This document shows positions 18,652 through 28,565 of a stretch of DNA of 64,000 nt, one piece after another; within the stretch, counting starts at the first letter, position 1, and the number at the start of each line of letters is the position of its first letter. The notes beneath the pieces are model-generated. The model was not told where the DNA came from and did not search any database. It saw only the letters and a program-made list of their open reading frames with translations. A program made the position numbers and the translations under genes. The stretch covers positions 396,818-460,817 of the forward strand of contig JAQULK010000001.1 of NCBI GenBank assembly GCA_028718635.1. Direction: 5' to 3'. Source of the DNA: Minisyncoccota bacterium (lineage in GTDB: Bacteria; Patescibacteriota; Minisyncoccia; Phycocordibacterales; UBA9973).

Positions 18652-18731
18652 TAAAAACAATACTTGTCCCGTTATAAATTCAACAAATGGGACACAGTAG
18701 ATAAAAATTATTAATTAAAATTTATAATGGG

Positions 18732-19217
18732 ATGAAAATTTATATTGGAACAGATCATGCAGGGTACGTATTAAAAGAGGCTCTTGTGGTTTTTTTAAAA
18801 ACTCAAGGGCATGAAGTCATAGATGAAGGTGCGTATGATTATGACGAAAATGATGATTATCCGGATTTCATTTCCAAAGTTGCCCGAGCTGTCTCTAAAG
18901 ACGTGCATGATTCAACAAAAGTAAGAGGCATTATTTTAGGAGGTACTGGACAAGGAGAGGCAATAGTCGCCAATAGATTCCCCTATGTAAGAGCTATCGT
19001 TTATTACGGTAGAGCAACAGCAGTGGTGGAAGCTGAGTCAGGAATTCTCGCTAGATCAAGAGCGCACAATGACGCCAATATTCTTTCCTTGGGCGCTCGA
19101 TATTTTACCGAAGCGGATTTGGTAGAAATTGTTAACTTTTGGTTAAATGCCCCGTATAGCGGAGATGAAAGACATATTCGTCGTTTGGCAAAAATAGATG
19201 AGTTAAAAATAGACTAA
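18732..19217 (+). CDS. rpiB: Ribose-5-phosphate isomerase B
   Basis: 'MKIYIGTDHAGYVLKEAL' and 'GILLGGTGQGEAIVANR' (LacAB_rpiB family). Confidence 0.85.
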   Translation: MKIYIGTDHAGYVLKEALVVFLKTQGHEVIDEGAYDYDENDDYPDFISKVARAVSKDVHDSTKVRGIILGGTGQGEAIVANRFPYVRAIVYYGRATAVVEAESGILARSRAHNDANILSLGARYFTEADLVEIVNFWLNAPYSGDERHIRRLAKIDELKID

Positions 19218-19220
19218 ATT

Positions 19221-19916
19221 ATGGCAGAAATAATTCCGGCAATTTTAGAAAAAGATTATGAAAACTTAAAAAATAAAATTGCTTTAGCGCGAGGCGTGGC
19301 GCCTGTGGTGCAAATAGATCTTTGTGATGGAATTTTTGTGCCTACTCGCACTTGGCCGTTTTCTTCCGGTGGTGGAGCAGATCTCCATTTTCAAAGAATT
19401 TTGAATGAACAAGAAGGAATGCCTTTTTGGGAAGACATTGATTTTGAGCTTGATTTAATGGTGGCTGACGCTGTGGAAAATTTCGATATTTATACCAAGC
19501 TCGGTCCAAAGAGAATAATATTTCATATTGAGGCTGTGGGGGAAATTGAAAGTTTCCATCATTTCTTAGAAGGAATAGATATGTATATTAGAGATTGTAT
19601 CGAAATAGGTATCGCTATAAATCCGTCAACACCACTTGAGCAAATTTATCCATTGATTTCTTCTGTAGATTTTGTGCAATGTATGGGAAACGATATCATA
19701 GGACATAAAGGGATTCCCTTAGATGAACAGGTTTATGAAAAAATTAAAATTTTAAGAGAGAAGTACCCTGATCTACCTATTGCAATTGACATCGGTGTCA
19801 ACAAAACAACAGCGCCACTTTTAATCAAAGCAGGAGCGACAAAACTTGTTGCCGGTTCGGCTATTTTTAATGTTGATGATATAATTGGAACGATAGAAGA
19901 ATTTGAAAGCTTATAA
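19221..19916 (+). CDS. rpe: Ribulose-phosphate 3-epimerase-like (TIM barrel)
   Basis: 'IPAILEKDY...VQIDLCDGIFVP' matches the Rpe 'SILSAD...HVDVMDGHFVP' pattern. Divergent. Confidence 0.7.
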   Translation: MAEIIPAILEKDYENLKNKIALARGVAPVVQIDLCDGIFVPTRTWPFSSGGGADLHFQRILNEQEGMPFWEDIDFELDLMVADAVENFDIYTKLGPKRIIFHIEAVGEIESFHHFLEGIDMYIRDCIEIGIAINPSTPLEQIYPLISSVDFVQCMGNDIIGHKGIPLDEQVYEKIKILREKYPDLPIAIDIGVNKTTAPLLIKAGATKLVAGSAIFNVDDIIGTIEEFESL

Positions 19917-20760
19917 AAACATGCTTACTGAAGAAAAAATTTTGGAGTTGGAAAAGAAGGCGAACGAGATTCGCATCTCTATTATTGAAATGCTTATGGA
20001 GGCGGGGAGTGGACATACTGCTGGGCCTCTCGGGATGGCGGATATTTTTACTCTTTTTTATTTTCATATTCTTAAACATGATCCCAAAAATCCTTCTTGG
20101 GAAGAACGGGATAGAGTGGTGCTTTCTAATGGTCATATTTGCCCAGTGTTGTATTCGGTAATGGCGCATGCTGGATATTTCCCAGTTGAAGAATTGAAAA
20201 CCTTAAGAAAATTTGGCACTAGGCTTCAAGGGCATCCTCATAGGGAATATCTGCCATATATGGAAACTTCTTCTGGCCCGCTCGGCTCTGGTCTTTCACA
20301 AGCAGTCGGTATGGCACTTGCTGACAAGATAGATGGTAAAGACAAAGATAGATTTATTTATTGTTTTATGTCTGATGGAGAGATGGACGAAGGAAATACT
20401 TGGGAAGCAATCATGCTTGCAGGGAAAAATAAATTACATAATTTGATTGCAGTTGTCGATAGAAATAACATTCAGATTGAAGGATATACCGAAGATGTAA
20501 TGCCTCTTGAACCTTTTCACGCAAAATGGAAAAGTTTTAATTGGCACGTGATAGAAGTTTCCGGACACGATTTTAGATCATTGAATGAAGTGATAGAAGA
20601 AGCGCAAGCTATCTATGAAAAGCCGACGGTCATAATAGCGCATACCATACCAGGCAAAGGCGTAAAAGAATTTGAAAGAAATTATAAATGGCATGGCAAG
20701 GCTCCAAACAAAGAAGAGGGGGAGATGGCAATAAAAGAATTGCGGGAAGTAAGATTTTAA
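19903..20760 (+). CDS. tkt: Transketolase, N-terminal (TPP-binding) subunit of a split enzyme
   Basis: 'SGHTAGPLGMADIFTLFYFH...NGHICPVLYSVMAHAGY'. Confidence 0.9.
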   Translation: MKAYKNMLTEEKILELEKKANEIRISIIEMLMEAGSGHTAGPLGMADIFTLFYFHILKHDPKNPSWEERDRVVLSNGHICPVLYSVMAHAGYFPVEELKTLRKFGTRLQGHPHREYLPYMETSSGPLGSGLSQAVGMALADKIDGKDKDRFIYCFMSDGEMDEGNTWEAIMLAGKNKLHNLIAVVDRNNIQIEGYTEDVMPLEPFHAKWKSFNWHVIEVSGHDFRSLNEVIEEAQAIYEKPTVIIAHTIPGKGVKEFERNYKWHGKAPNKEEGEMAIKELREVRF

Positions 20761-20775
20761 AATTATTTTATTTTT

Positions 20776-21774
20776 ATGTTGAATCCGAAATTAAAATTGA
20801 ATCCCAAAATTTTCAATGACGATGTCGAACAGGTCCCCATACGTAAAGGTTTCGGGCAGGGGCTGTTGATAGCGGGTGGGGTTAGTGAAAATGTCGTAGG
20901 ACTTTGCGCCGACCTGACAGAAAGCACTCAAATGAATTTATTTGCGGAAAAATTTCCCAATAGATTTATCCAAGTCGGAGTAGCAGAACAAAACCTAGTA
21001 ACAGTGGCTTCGGGTATGGCAGCTATGGGCAAGATTCCTTTTTGTTCTTCTTATGCGATGTTTTCTCCCGGGAGAAATTGGGAACAAATCAGAACAACAA
21101 TAACTTACAATGATAGGCCGGTAAAAATCGTGGGCTCTCATTCGGGTATTTCTGTGGGTCCTGATGGCGGTACGCACCAAGCGCTTGAAGACATAGCTTT
21201 GATGCGGGTGATGCCGAACGTTGACGTCATTTCTCCTTGTGACGCCCTTGAAGCTAAAAAAGCGACAATAGCGCTTGCAAAAACGGGGAAACCAGCATAC
21301 TTGCGTCTTGTTCGTGAAAAAACGCCAATCATTACCACGGAGGAAACTCCTATGCAAATAGGTAAAGCAGAAATTTTTTGGATGCCGGATGTAGGGTTGG
21401 CCCAGGTGGGAATAATCGTTACTGGCGGACTCATGTCGCACGCGCTTTTTGCCGCCAAAGAATTAGAGCAAGAAGGCATAAAAACAAAAGTGATGAATTT
21501 ATCAAGTATAAAACCAATAGATTCTGAAGCAATTGTCGCTTTAGCAAAAGAATGTAAAGCAATAGTGACAGCAGAAGAACATCAAATTGCCGGAGGCATG
21601 GGTTCGGCTGTAGCAGAGGTTTTAGCGGCCAATTATCCAACTGCCATTGAATTCATCGGTGTGCATGACCGATTCGGCCAATCCGGTACTCCAAAAGAAC
21701 TTATCGAACATTATGGTATGGGCAAAAATTCTATCAAAGAAGCGGTGAGGAAAGTTTTAAAAAGAAAAATTTAA
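20776..21774 (+). CDS. tkt: Transketolase, C-terminal (pyrimidine-binding) subunit
   Basis: 'GVAEQNLVTVASGMA', 'GPDGGTHQALEDIALMR'. Confidence 0.9.
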   Translation: MLNPKLKLNPKIFNDDVEQVPIRKGFGQGLLIAGGVSENVVGLCADLTESTQMNLFAEKFPNRFIQVGVAEQNLVTVASGMAAMGKIPFCSSYAMFSPGRNWEQIRTTITYNDRPVKIVGSHSGISVGPDGGTHQALEDIALMRVMPNVDVISPCDALEAKKATIALAKTGKPAYLRLVREKTPIITTEETPMQIGKAEIFWMPDVGLAQVGIIVTGGLMSHALFAAKELEQEGIKTKVMNLSSIKPIDSEAIVALAKECKAIVTAEEHQIAGGMGSAVAEVLAANYPTAIEFIGVHDRFGQSGTPKELIEHYGMGKNSIKEAVRKVLKRKI

Positions 21775-21785
21775 AATAGAACTTT

Positions 21786-21866
21786 TTTCGGTACGGATTT
21801 TTTGAAGCTTAAAAAATCCTGAAGTTTTCGGCTCGACAGCCTCAAAACCCCTTCAAAAGTTTATTT
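21786..21866 (+). repeat. Family C ~80-nt REP-like intergenic element, copy 1
   Basis: aactttttcggtacgg-GGATTTTTT-gaagctta-AAAAAATCC-tgaagtt-GC hairpin (ggct-cgac-agcc)-aaaaccccttcaaaagtt. Confidence 0.7.
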
Positions 21867-22867
21867 TAAATTTTTACAGTTTTATAGCTTTCTGGTATAT
21901 TTTCTAGATATTCTTCCAATTTTTCTTTTGTCAAAAGTCCTCTTTGCGCTCCGACTTCTTGGACCACGGACATAGAGTTTATGCCTGCCCAAGCCAAAGC
22001 TTCAGGCAAAGTTTTACCCAATATGGTTGCAATTACAATAGTGGAGGAAAAAGCATCTCCAGCGCCGGTGCGTTCATGGGGAGGTTTTGGATCAGGGTAA
22101 GGGGGCATAAATAAGTACTCTGCGCCGTCAAAAGTATAAGCGCCTTTTGGTCCGTCTGTAATTATCACAGTCTTTGGCCCGAGAGAATAAATCTTTTGGA
22201 GTAATTCTTTGATTTCTCCGCTATCTAACCCTAATATTTTTTTTGCTTCCTCAACATTGCAGAAAAACATATCAGTATGTTTATAGAGTCTTTGCAATTT
22301 TTCTTTTCCCAATTTTATTTCAAATTTTCCCGGCTCGAAAGCGAATTTTGTTTCTGGATGGGCATCTAAATAGTCGGCTATAGTGTAATGAAAAGGAAAG
22401 GCTGTTTCATTTACAGAACTGAAATAAATCCATTTTGGTTCGTCAAATTCTGGCAAGCTGTATGGATAAATTTCATGTTTTATTAAAATAGTTCTTTCAG
22501 CTTCATACCATAGAACAAAATGTTGATTAGTTTTTATTCCAGAATTTATTTTTATCAACTCGGTGCCGACCCCGTCCTTTTTAAGTGAATCTAAACAATC
22601 TATTCCTGCTTTATCATCCCCAACGTTGGAAACGAGCTTTGTCTCAAGTCCTAGCCGAGCAGCTGCCACCGCAACATTGCCTGCATTACCTACGGCGGGG
22701 AGAGCAAAAACATCTTCGTATGGAACTTTGTCCGCAAAAGGCAGGCATATCTCGTAATCTTTATTGTCAGGAGTCCCCTTGATGCTTGCGTCTTTTAATT
22801 TAATAAAAACATCTATCACAATATCCCCAATTGCTAAAAAATCAATTTTTTTATTGTCTTCACTCAT
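21866..22867 (-). CDS. PfkB-family carbohydrate kinase (ribokinase/fructokinase-like)
   Basis: N-terminal GG motif 'GDIVIDV' and C-terminal 'TGAGDAFSS'. Confidence 0.8.
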   Translation of the reverse strand: MSEDNKKIDFLAIGDIVIDVFIKLKDASIKGTPDNKDYEICLPFADKVPYEDVFALPAVGNAGNVAVAAARLGLETKLVSNVGDDKAGIDCLDSLKKDGVGTELIKINSGIKTNQHFVLWYEAERTILIKHEIYPYSLPEFDEPKWIYFSSVNETAFPFHYTIADYLDAHPETKFAFEPGKFEIKLGKEKLQRLYKHTDMFFCNVEEAKKILGLDSGEIKELLQKIYSLGPKTVIITDGPKGAYTFDGAEYLFMPPYPDPKPPHERTGAGDAFSSTIVIATILGKTLPEALAWAGINSMSVVQEVGAQRGLLTKEKLEEYLENIPESYKTVKI

Positions 22868-22881
22868 GGTATCATTCTACC

Positions 22882-24207
22882 ATGTTTAAAAAACTGATTC
22901 TAGTGGGGTTTGTTTTTTTATTTTTGGGATTTAAGTTGGTATTAGCTACAGAAGTGACACCGATTATTTCTTATACTTTAAATGGAACTTCTTCCAATAT
23001 TGTGGCAAATCCTGTTGTTAATCCTGTAGAAATTAAGTTCTCTGCTAATGAAAACATACCTAATTGGGTTTCAATAAAAATTGAAAAAAACGATGATTCT
23101 AGTATTTATAAAACATTTTCTCCTAATTCTTGTGACGGCACCGCTTATTGTACTGAAACATGGAATGGTGCCATATCTCCTAAAAATAAAGTCTTAGTTG
23201 ATGGTATATATAATATTTCTGTTCATGTGAAGAAAGATGTTGCAAGCCCAGTTACTTACGATTTCATATTGACTTCGCCTTATACAATAACAGTTGATAG
23301 CTCTTTATCTACTCCGTTACCTGTCTCTGATTCACCTAGTAATGATTCAAATTCTTCAACCAACACTTCAACAACTCAGCCAGAACCCAAGCCAAAAGTG
23401 ATTGAAAATCCGACCATGAAAGTAAAAATTTTAGCCAATGCTTTAGCTTTTACCGGGCAACCGCTTGAAATAAAAACTAATGTCTTAGGGTTTTCCAATG
23501 AAAATGTTGTTCTCGGCAGGGCTTCGTGGAATTTTGGCGACGGCGGTTCGTTGGAACAAATAAATAATTTTGAAAAATTTTCTCATACTTATTATTATTC
23601 AGGCGAGTATGTTTTATTTTTGGAATACTACCAAAATAATTTTTCAAAAACCCCCGAAGCGACCAGCAAAATGGTGGTAAAAGTTCTTCCGACTTCTGTT
23701 TTTATTTCTAAAGTAGGGGATGCAAAAGATTTTTTTATTGAACTCTCAAACAATGCCAGCTCGGACATAGATATCTCAAATTGGGTCATTAATGCAAATG
23801 GAAAAATTTTTATTTTTCCCAAAAACAGCGTGATTATGTCTAAAAAACAAGTAATTGTTCCTGGTAAAATAACCGGATTTACCCAGAACGATCAAAACAA
23901 CTTAAAACTTTATTCTGGAACTGGTGAATTGATATCTGATTATAATGCGGAAATACAACCCCCTAAATCTCCCCATCAAAATATGACGAGTAAAGTTTCT
24001 ACAGCGGTTCAACCGCTGGGAAATTCAGGAACTATCAATTTACAAAGCAATGTTATGAATAGTAGCAGTGAAGACAATTACTCTGTGCCCATCATTCCCA
24101 TCGCTTCTTTTGTTTTTATTGGAGCTAGCGCGGGCGCAGTTTATTTTATTCGCCGGAAAAAAGCCGTTGTCCAAGAAGGGGATGATTTTGATATTTTAGA
24201 TGAATAA
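22882..24207 (+). CDS. Membrane-anchored surface protein with a lamin-tail-like domain
   Basis: Signal peptide MFKKLILVGFVFLFLGF, Ser/Thr/Pro linker, LTD-like 'DFFIELSNNASSDIDISNWVINANGKIFIFP', C-terminal TM plus 'RRKK'. Confidence 0.6.
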   Translation: MFKKLILVGFVFLFLGFKLVLATEVTPIISYTLNGTSSNIVANPVVNPVEIKFSANENIPNWVSIKIEKNDDSSIYKTFSPNSCDGTAYCTETWNGAISPKNKVLVDGIYNISVHVKKDVASPVTYDFILTSPYTITVDSSLSTPLPVSDSPSNDSNSSTNTSTTQPEPKPKVIENPTMKVKILANALAFTGQPLEIKTNVLGFSNENVVLGRASWNFGDGGSLEQINNFEKFSHTYYYSGEYVLFLEYYQNNFSKTPEATSKMVVKVLPTSVFISKVGDAKDFFIELSNNASSDIDISNWVINANGKIFIFPKNSVIMSKKQVIVPGKITGFTQNDQNNLKLYSGTGELISDYNAEIQPPKSPHQNMTSKVSTAVQPLGNSGTINLQSNVMNSSSEDNYSVPIIPIASFVFIGASAGAVYFIRRKKAVVQEGDDFDILDE

Positions 24208-24223
24208 AAGTTACGAAACATAA

Positions 24224-24306
24224 ACTTTTCTTTGGTACGGATTTTTCGAAGCTTGAAAAATCCTGAAGTTCTCGCGCCGTCGCGCTCGAAACCCCTTCGA
24301 AAAGTT
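24224..24306 (+). repeat. Family C element, copy 2, itself nested inside a 14-bp outer inverted repeat (gttacgaaacataa / ttatgtttcgtaac)
   Basis: cttttctttggtacggatttttcgaagcttgaaaaatcctgaagttctcgcgccgtcgcgctcgaaaccccttcgaaaag. Confidence 0.7.
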
Positions 24307-24396
24307 ATGTTTCGTAACTCACGATTATAATGCCCTTTGAAATAAGGGTTTTTTCTGCTAGAATAAAAAATAGGGCAAAAATTGTCCTCTTTTTAT

Positions 24397-26166
24397 ATGG
24401 AAAAAGATTTTTCAAATTTAGATGTTGGGTTGGTGCTCAAATATTATTGGCAGGTAATTAAGAATTTTAAATTCTCCTTTTTTTGCGTTCTTGTCTCCAC
24501 AACACTTTTTTCTGCTCTCGATATCTATATACCGCTCCAATTTTTAAAACTTTGGGATATTCTTAATACCAATAATTTTGCCGTCGTTTCGACTGCTAAA
24601 TCGATTATTATTCTGATATTAATATTGGGACTAATTGGCTGGGTGCTTCGCAGGACTTCTGGATTTTTCCTATCATATTTCGAATCAGGAGTGATGGCCG
24701 GCCTCCGAGAACAGGCTTTTTCTTATATGATCGGTCATTCCCATTCTTTTTTTGCAAATAATTTTTCAGGTTCATTAACCAGGAAAATAAATAAATATGC
24801 TAATGCTTTTGAAAAATTAACAGACAGAATGGCTGCCGATGCTTTACCGCTTTTTGTCCGCAGTATCGGCGTATTCATTGCTGTTTATTCTTTGATTCCG
24901 AAATATGCATATATTTTAGGAATATTCTGTTTAGTTTTTTTATTAACTGCCTTTTTTTATATTCGATTTAAAATTAAATATGATGTGATCTCAGCTTTGG
25001 CTGACACCAGAACCACAGGAGTTTTTGCTGATGCCATTGGCAATCATTCCTCAATCCAGATTTTTACTGGTCATAAGTATGAGGAAAATCGAACAAGAAA
25101 AATAATTCAAAAACAACGGAAAGCGACAGTCTTTAATTGGTATTTATGGGAGGGACTTAATGCCATTCAAAGTTTTTATTCGGTCATCGTTCAATTTATT
25201 ATTTTTTGGGTAGCAATTAATGATTGGAGACTATCTCTCGTTACTTTACCCTTTATGGTATTACTTCAAAGTTATCTAGTTCGTTTGATTGATAGTTTAT
25301 GGAGTTTTGGCGGTATTGTGCGTACTTTTTATAACAGCTTTGCTGATGCTCAAGAAATGGCTATAGTTTTAGATTCGCCGTATGAAATAAGTGATAATGT
25401 AGAAAAAGTCGCGGAAAATATTAAAGGAGAAGTTGTTTTTAATAATGTTACTTACACATATAAAAATAATAAAAATAAAGTATTAGATAATTTTTCTTTA
25501 ACCATACCACCAGGACAAAAGATTGCATTGGTCGGTTCGTCTGGCGCCGGCAAGACGACCTTGGTTCGCTTATTGATGAGGTTGTTTAATATTCCTTCAG
25601 GGAAGATTACTATTGATGGAATTGATATCAGTAAAATTTCCCAAGAAAATCTTCGAGAGCAAATAGCTTTTGTTCCGCAAGACCCTGTTCTTTTTCATCG
25701 TACCTTGATGGAAAATATTCGTTATGGTAAAAGAAACGCCACAGACGAAGAAGTCATGAGAGCAGCCAAGCTCGCGCATTGTGATGAGTTTATTGATTCT
25801 TTGCCATTTCGCTATGAGACATACGTGGGAGAACGGGGAATAAAACTCTCGGGTGGGGAGCGTCAGAGGGTGGCTATCGCCCGCGCCATTATCAAAAATG
25901 CGCCGATTCTTATTTTAGATGAAGCTACTTCTTCGCTTGATTCCCATTCTGAATCTTTGATCCAAGATGCCCTTACTAAACTTATTGCCGGGAAAACTAC
26001 TATTGTTATCGCTCATCGACTTTCCACTATTAGGCAGATGGATAGAATAATCGTATTAGAAAAAGGAAAAATTGTCGAAGACGGAATCCACAGCGAACTG
26101 ATAAATAAAAAAGATGGATATTATAAAAAATTATGGGATCTTCAAGCGGGAGGATTTTTAGATTAA
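24397..26166 (+). CDS. ABC transporter, fused permease/ATPase (MsbA-like exporter)
   Basis: 6-TM N-terminus, Walker A 'GSSGAGKTT', signature 'LSGGERQRVAIARA', Walker B 'ILILDEATS'. I prefer the ATG at 24397 over the TTG at 24382. Confidence 0.85.
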   Translation: MEKDFSNLDVGLVLKYYWQVIKNFKFSFFCVLVSTTLFSALDIYIPLQFLKLWDILNTNNFAVVSTAKSIIILILILGLIGWVLRRTSGFFLSYFESGVMAGLREQAFSYMIGHSHSFFANNFSGSLTRKINKYANAFEKLTDRMAADALPLFVRSIGVFIAVYSLIPKYAYILGIFCLVFLLTAFFYIRFKIKYDVISALADTRTTGVFADAIGNHSSIQIFTGHKYEENRTRKIIQKQRKATVFNWYLWEGLNAIQSFYSVIVQFIIFWVAINDWRLSLVTLPFMVLLQSYLVRLIDSLWSFGGIVRTFYNSFADAQEMAIVLDSPYEISDNVEKVAENIKGEVVFNNVTYTYKNNKNKVLDNFSLTIPPGQKIALVGSSGAGKTTLVRLLMRLFNIPSGKITIDGIDISKISQENLREQIAFVPQDPVLFHRTLMENIRYGKRNATDEEVMRAAKLAHCDEFIDSLPFRYETYVGERGIKLSGGERQRVAIARAIIKNAPILILDEATSSLDSHSESLIQDALTKLIAGKTTIVIAHRLSTIRQMDRIIVLEKGKIVEDGIHSELINKKDGYYKKLWDLQAGGFLD

Positions 26167-26286
26167 TCCCGTTAGAAGCCGCGATCGCAATTTAAAAACA
26201 AACAAAAACATGAAATTAGAAATTATAAAAATTAATAATATTAAACATCAGATACGCGAGTTGATCGCGATCTGCTTCTAAACGGG
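26167..26286 (+). repeat. Family B ~120-nt stop-to-start intergenic element, copy 1, with a mini-ORF at 26210..26281
   Basis: Terminal inverted repeats tcccgttagaagccgcgatcgc / gcgatcgcgatctgcttctaaacggga. Starts 1 nt after the ABC-transporter TAA and ends at the lepA ATG. Encodes MKLEIIKINNIKHQIRELIAICF*. Confidence 0.7.
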
Positions 26287-28170
26287 ATGGATTTAAAACA
26301 CATTAGAAACTTTAGCATAATAGCGCACATTGACCACGGTAAAAGTACTTTAGCGGATAGAATGCTTGAAATTACGCATACAATAGAAACACGGAAAATG
26401 CGCAACCAGTTTTTAGACTCTATGGAACTGGAGCGCGAAAGAGGAATTACTATAAAAATGCAACCCGTTCGAATGGAATACACCCCTCCCCAAACCCCTC
26501 CCCAAAAGGGAGGGGCACCTTCTCTTTTGGAGAAGGCGGGGGAAGGGGTGTATATTTTAAATCTTATTGATACGCCCGGTCATATAGATTTTTCTTATGA
26601 AGTTTCTCGAGCATTAAAGGCGGTAGAGGGTTCTATTTTGCTTATTGACTCAACTCAAGGGGTGCAAGCGCAAACGCTTACCACTCTCGCTATGGCGCGA
26701 GAGGGAGGTCTTAAAATAATCCCAGTACTCTCTAAGATTGATTCGCCTTTATCCAGAGTTTCGGAGGTAAAAGATGAAGTAGTGGATCTTTTAAATTGCG
26801 ATCCGGATGAAATTTTATTAGTTTCTGGACGCACAGGAGAAGGAGTTGAAAATCTTCTTAAGGAAGTAATAAAACGAGTACCAGAACCAAAAGAAACCAT
26901 TTCGGACGTTGGACGTCTGGATTCCGGACGTCCAACGTCCGAAATCCTGCGCGCCTTAGTTTTTGATTTTAAATATTCAAATCATAGAGGGGTGATAGTT
27001 TTTGTGCGCGTCTTTGATGGAAAAGTCGCAAAGGGCGACAGTTTGGTTTTTGCAGTTTCTGGCGAGAAATTTACCGCTCTTGAAGTCGGAACTTTTTCTC
27101 CAGAAGAAACCCCGCGCGATTTTCTTTCTCCTGGGGACACGGGTTATATCGTCACTGGCATAAAGAAGCCCGGCATAGCATCCGTTGGAGATACTATTAC
27201 GATGTTTAAAAATCCTTTGCCTGCATTTGAGGGATATATGCAACCATTGCCCGTAGTGTGGGCGAGCGTTTTTCCAGAAGATGCGGATGATTTTGCAGAA
27301 TTAAAACTTGCTTTAGGAAAATTAAAACTTTCTGATTCAGCGTTTTCCTACGAAGAAGAATCTTCTGGGTCCTTGGGCAGGGGATTCAGATGCGGATTCT
27401 TAGGAATGCTTCATTTGGAAATTATCACTGAGAGACTAAAACGCGAATTTAATTTGGAATTAGTCATCACTACGCCTTCCATCACTTATGAAGTTTTGTT
27501 AAAAAATGGAAAAAGAGAAAAAGTTTATTCCCCGTTTCATTTTCCGGACGATGGCCTAATCGAGAAGGTTTTCGAGCCTTGGGTAAGTTTGAAGATTATT
27601 ACTCCAGTCCAATATGTCGGCAGTGTTATCCAACTTCTTTTTGACCATGAGGGAGAAGTAGGTGATACAGAGAATTTTGGAGACAATCGCTCTACTATCT
27701 CCGTGAAAATGCCCTTACGAGAGCTTATGCGGAATTTTTTCGATGAATTAAAAAGTATTTCTTCTGGTTATGCTTCAATTTCTTATTCCATTGGGGAATT
27801 GCGGGAGGCAAATGTCACTAGGCTTGATCTACTAGTAGCAGACGAAGTGGTGCCAGCTTTTTCTCGGGTGGTGGCTAAAAAGAGAGCTGAAGTTGAAGCA
27901 GAAAATGCCGTCTTAAAATTAGATAATTTATTGCCGAGACAAATGTTTACTTTGAAAATTCAAGGCCGAGCGCTTGGACGGATTATTTCTTCCCGCACGA
28001 AATTCGGCATGAAAAAGGATGTGACTCAGCATATGTATGGAGGCGATATTACGCGAAAAATGAAACTTCGAGAGAAACAAAAGAAAGGCAAAAAGAAGAT
28101 GAAGGAAAGGGGACGAGTGAACATTCCGCAAGATGTGTTTTTGAAAATGATGCGAACGGGGGAAAAGTAA
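26287..28170 (+). CDS. lepA: Elongation factor 4 (LepA) carrying two in-frame palindromic insertions
   Basis: 'IIAHIDHGKSTLADR' and 'DTPGHIDF' G-domain motifs. Extra segments 'TPPQTPPQKGGAPSLLEKAGEGV' and 'ISDVGRLDSGRPTSEI' relative to canonical LepA. Confidence 0.9.
   Translation: MDLKHIRNFSIIAHIDHGKSTLADRMLEITHTIETRKMRNQFLDSMELERERGITIKMQPVRMEYTPPQTPPQKGGAPSLLEKAGEGVYILNLIDTPGHIDFSYEVSRALKAVEGSILLIDSTQGVQAQTLTTLAMAREGGLKIIPVLSKIDSPLSRVSEVKDEVVDLLNCDPDEILLVSGRTGEGVENLLKEVIKRVPEPKETISDVGRLDSGRPTSEILRALVFDFKYSNHRGVIVFVRVFDGKVAKGDSLVFAVSGEKFTALEVGTFSPEETPRDFLSPGDTGYIVTGIKKPGIASVGDTITMFKNPLPAFEGYMQPLPVVWASVFPEDADDFAELKLALGKLKLSDSAFSYEEESSGSLGRGFRCGFLGMLHLEIITERLKREFNLELVITTPSITYEVLLKNGKREKVYSPFHFPDDGLIEKVFEPWVSLKIITPVQYVGSVIQLLFDHEGEVGDTENFGDNRSTISVKMPLRELMRNFFDELKSISSGYASISYSIGELREANVTRLDLLVADEVVPAFSRVVAKKRAEVEAENAVLKLDNLLPRQMFTLKIQGRALGRIISSRTKFGMKKDVTQHMYGGDITRKMKLREKQKKGKKKMKERGRVNIPQDVFLKMMRTGEK
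26480..26551 (+). repeat. Family E GC-rich palindromic element inserted in frame in lepA (72 nt, 24 codons)
   Basis: acacccctccccaaacccctcccc-aaaa-gggaggggcaccttctc-tttt-ggagaaggcgggggaaggggtgt. Nested inverted repeats. Confidence 0.65.
26899..26945 (+). repeat. Family F 19-bp-arm perfect palindrome inserted in frame in lepA
   Basis: atttcggacgttggacgtc-tggattccg-gacgtccaacgtccgaaat. Confidence 0.65.
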
Positions 28171-28172
28171 TG

Positions 28173-28300
28173 AAATGCGAAACTCTTTCTTGGCACAAGT
28201 TTTCTGTCAGCACACATAAAAATCTGCTGATTTTTTGCTATGCTCGGCTACCCGCCTGCGCAATGCTTCCATAAAACTATGCCTGCGACGAGTTTCGCAT
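28173..28300 (+). repeat. Family D element, second (rearranged) copy, intergenic after lepA
   Basis: Shares ~60 nt with the tsaD in-frame insert (43672..43800): ctgctgatttttt-gctatgctcggct..cctgcgcaatgcttcc and cacaagttttctg. Confidence 0.55.
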
Positions 28301-28442
28301 TTAAAATTACCTACCTAAAAATCGGCGAGTAGAGCAGGATCATGCTGATGATAATCAGTATACTTACTACTGCCCAAACTATTTGTATTTTCTTTTGATG
28401 TTTTTTATTAAAAAGCATACAATAAGGATAGCATATTATGAG

Positions 28443-28565
28443 TCCCGTTAGAAGCCGCGGTCGCAGTTTAATATAATAAAATAATGTTGTCAAAATAAAT
28501 ATGAAATTTAATCACATAATTGAGCATAGTATCGGTATACAGACCGCGACCTGCTTCTAAACGGG
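28443..28565 (+). repeat. Family B element, copy 2, with a mini-ORF at 28501..28560, ending at the ATG of the ftsB-like gene
   Basis: tcccgttagaagccgcggtcgcag ... cagaccgcgacctgcttctaaacggg ATG. Encodes MKFNHIIEHSIGIQTATCF*. Confidence 0.7.

Noticed and set aside
14379-21640. Various 60-180-aa ORFs antisense within dnaE, gap and tkt (e.g. 14379..14690, 18192..18644, 20995..21441, 21138..21479)
   Set aside because: They are fully embedded antisense in highly conserved genes, with no start context. These are typical spurious ORFs.
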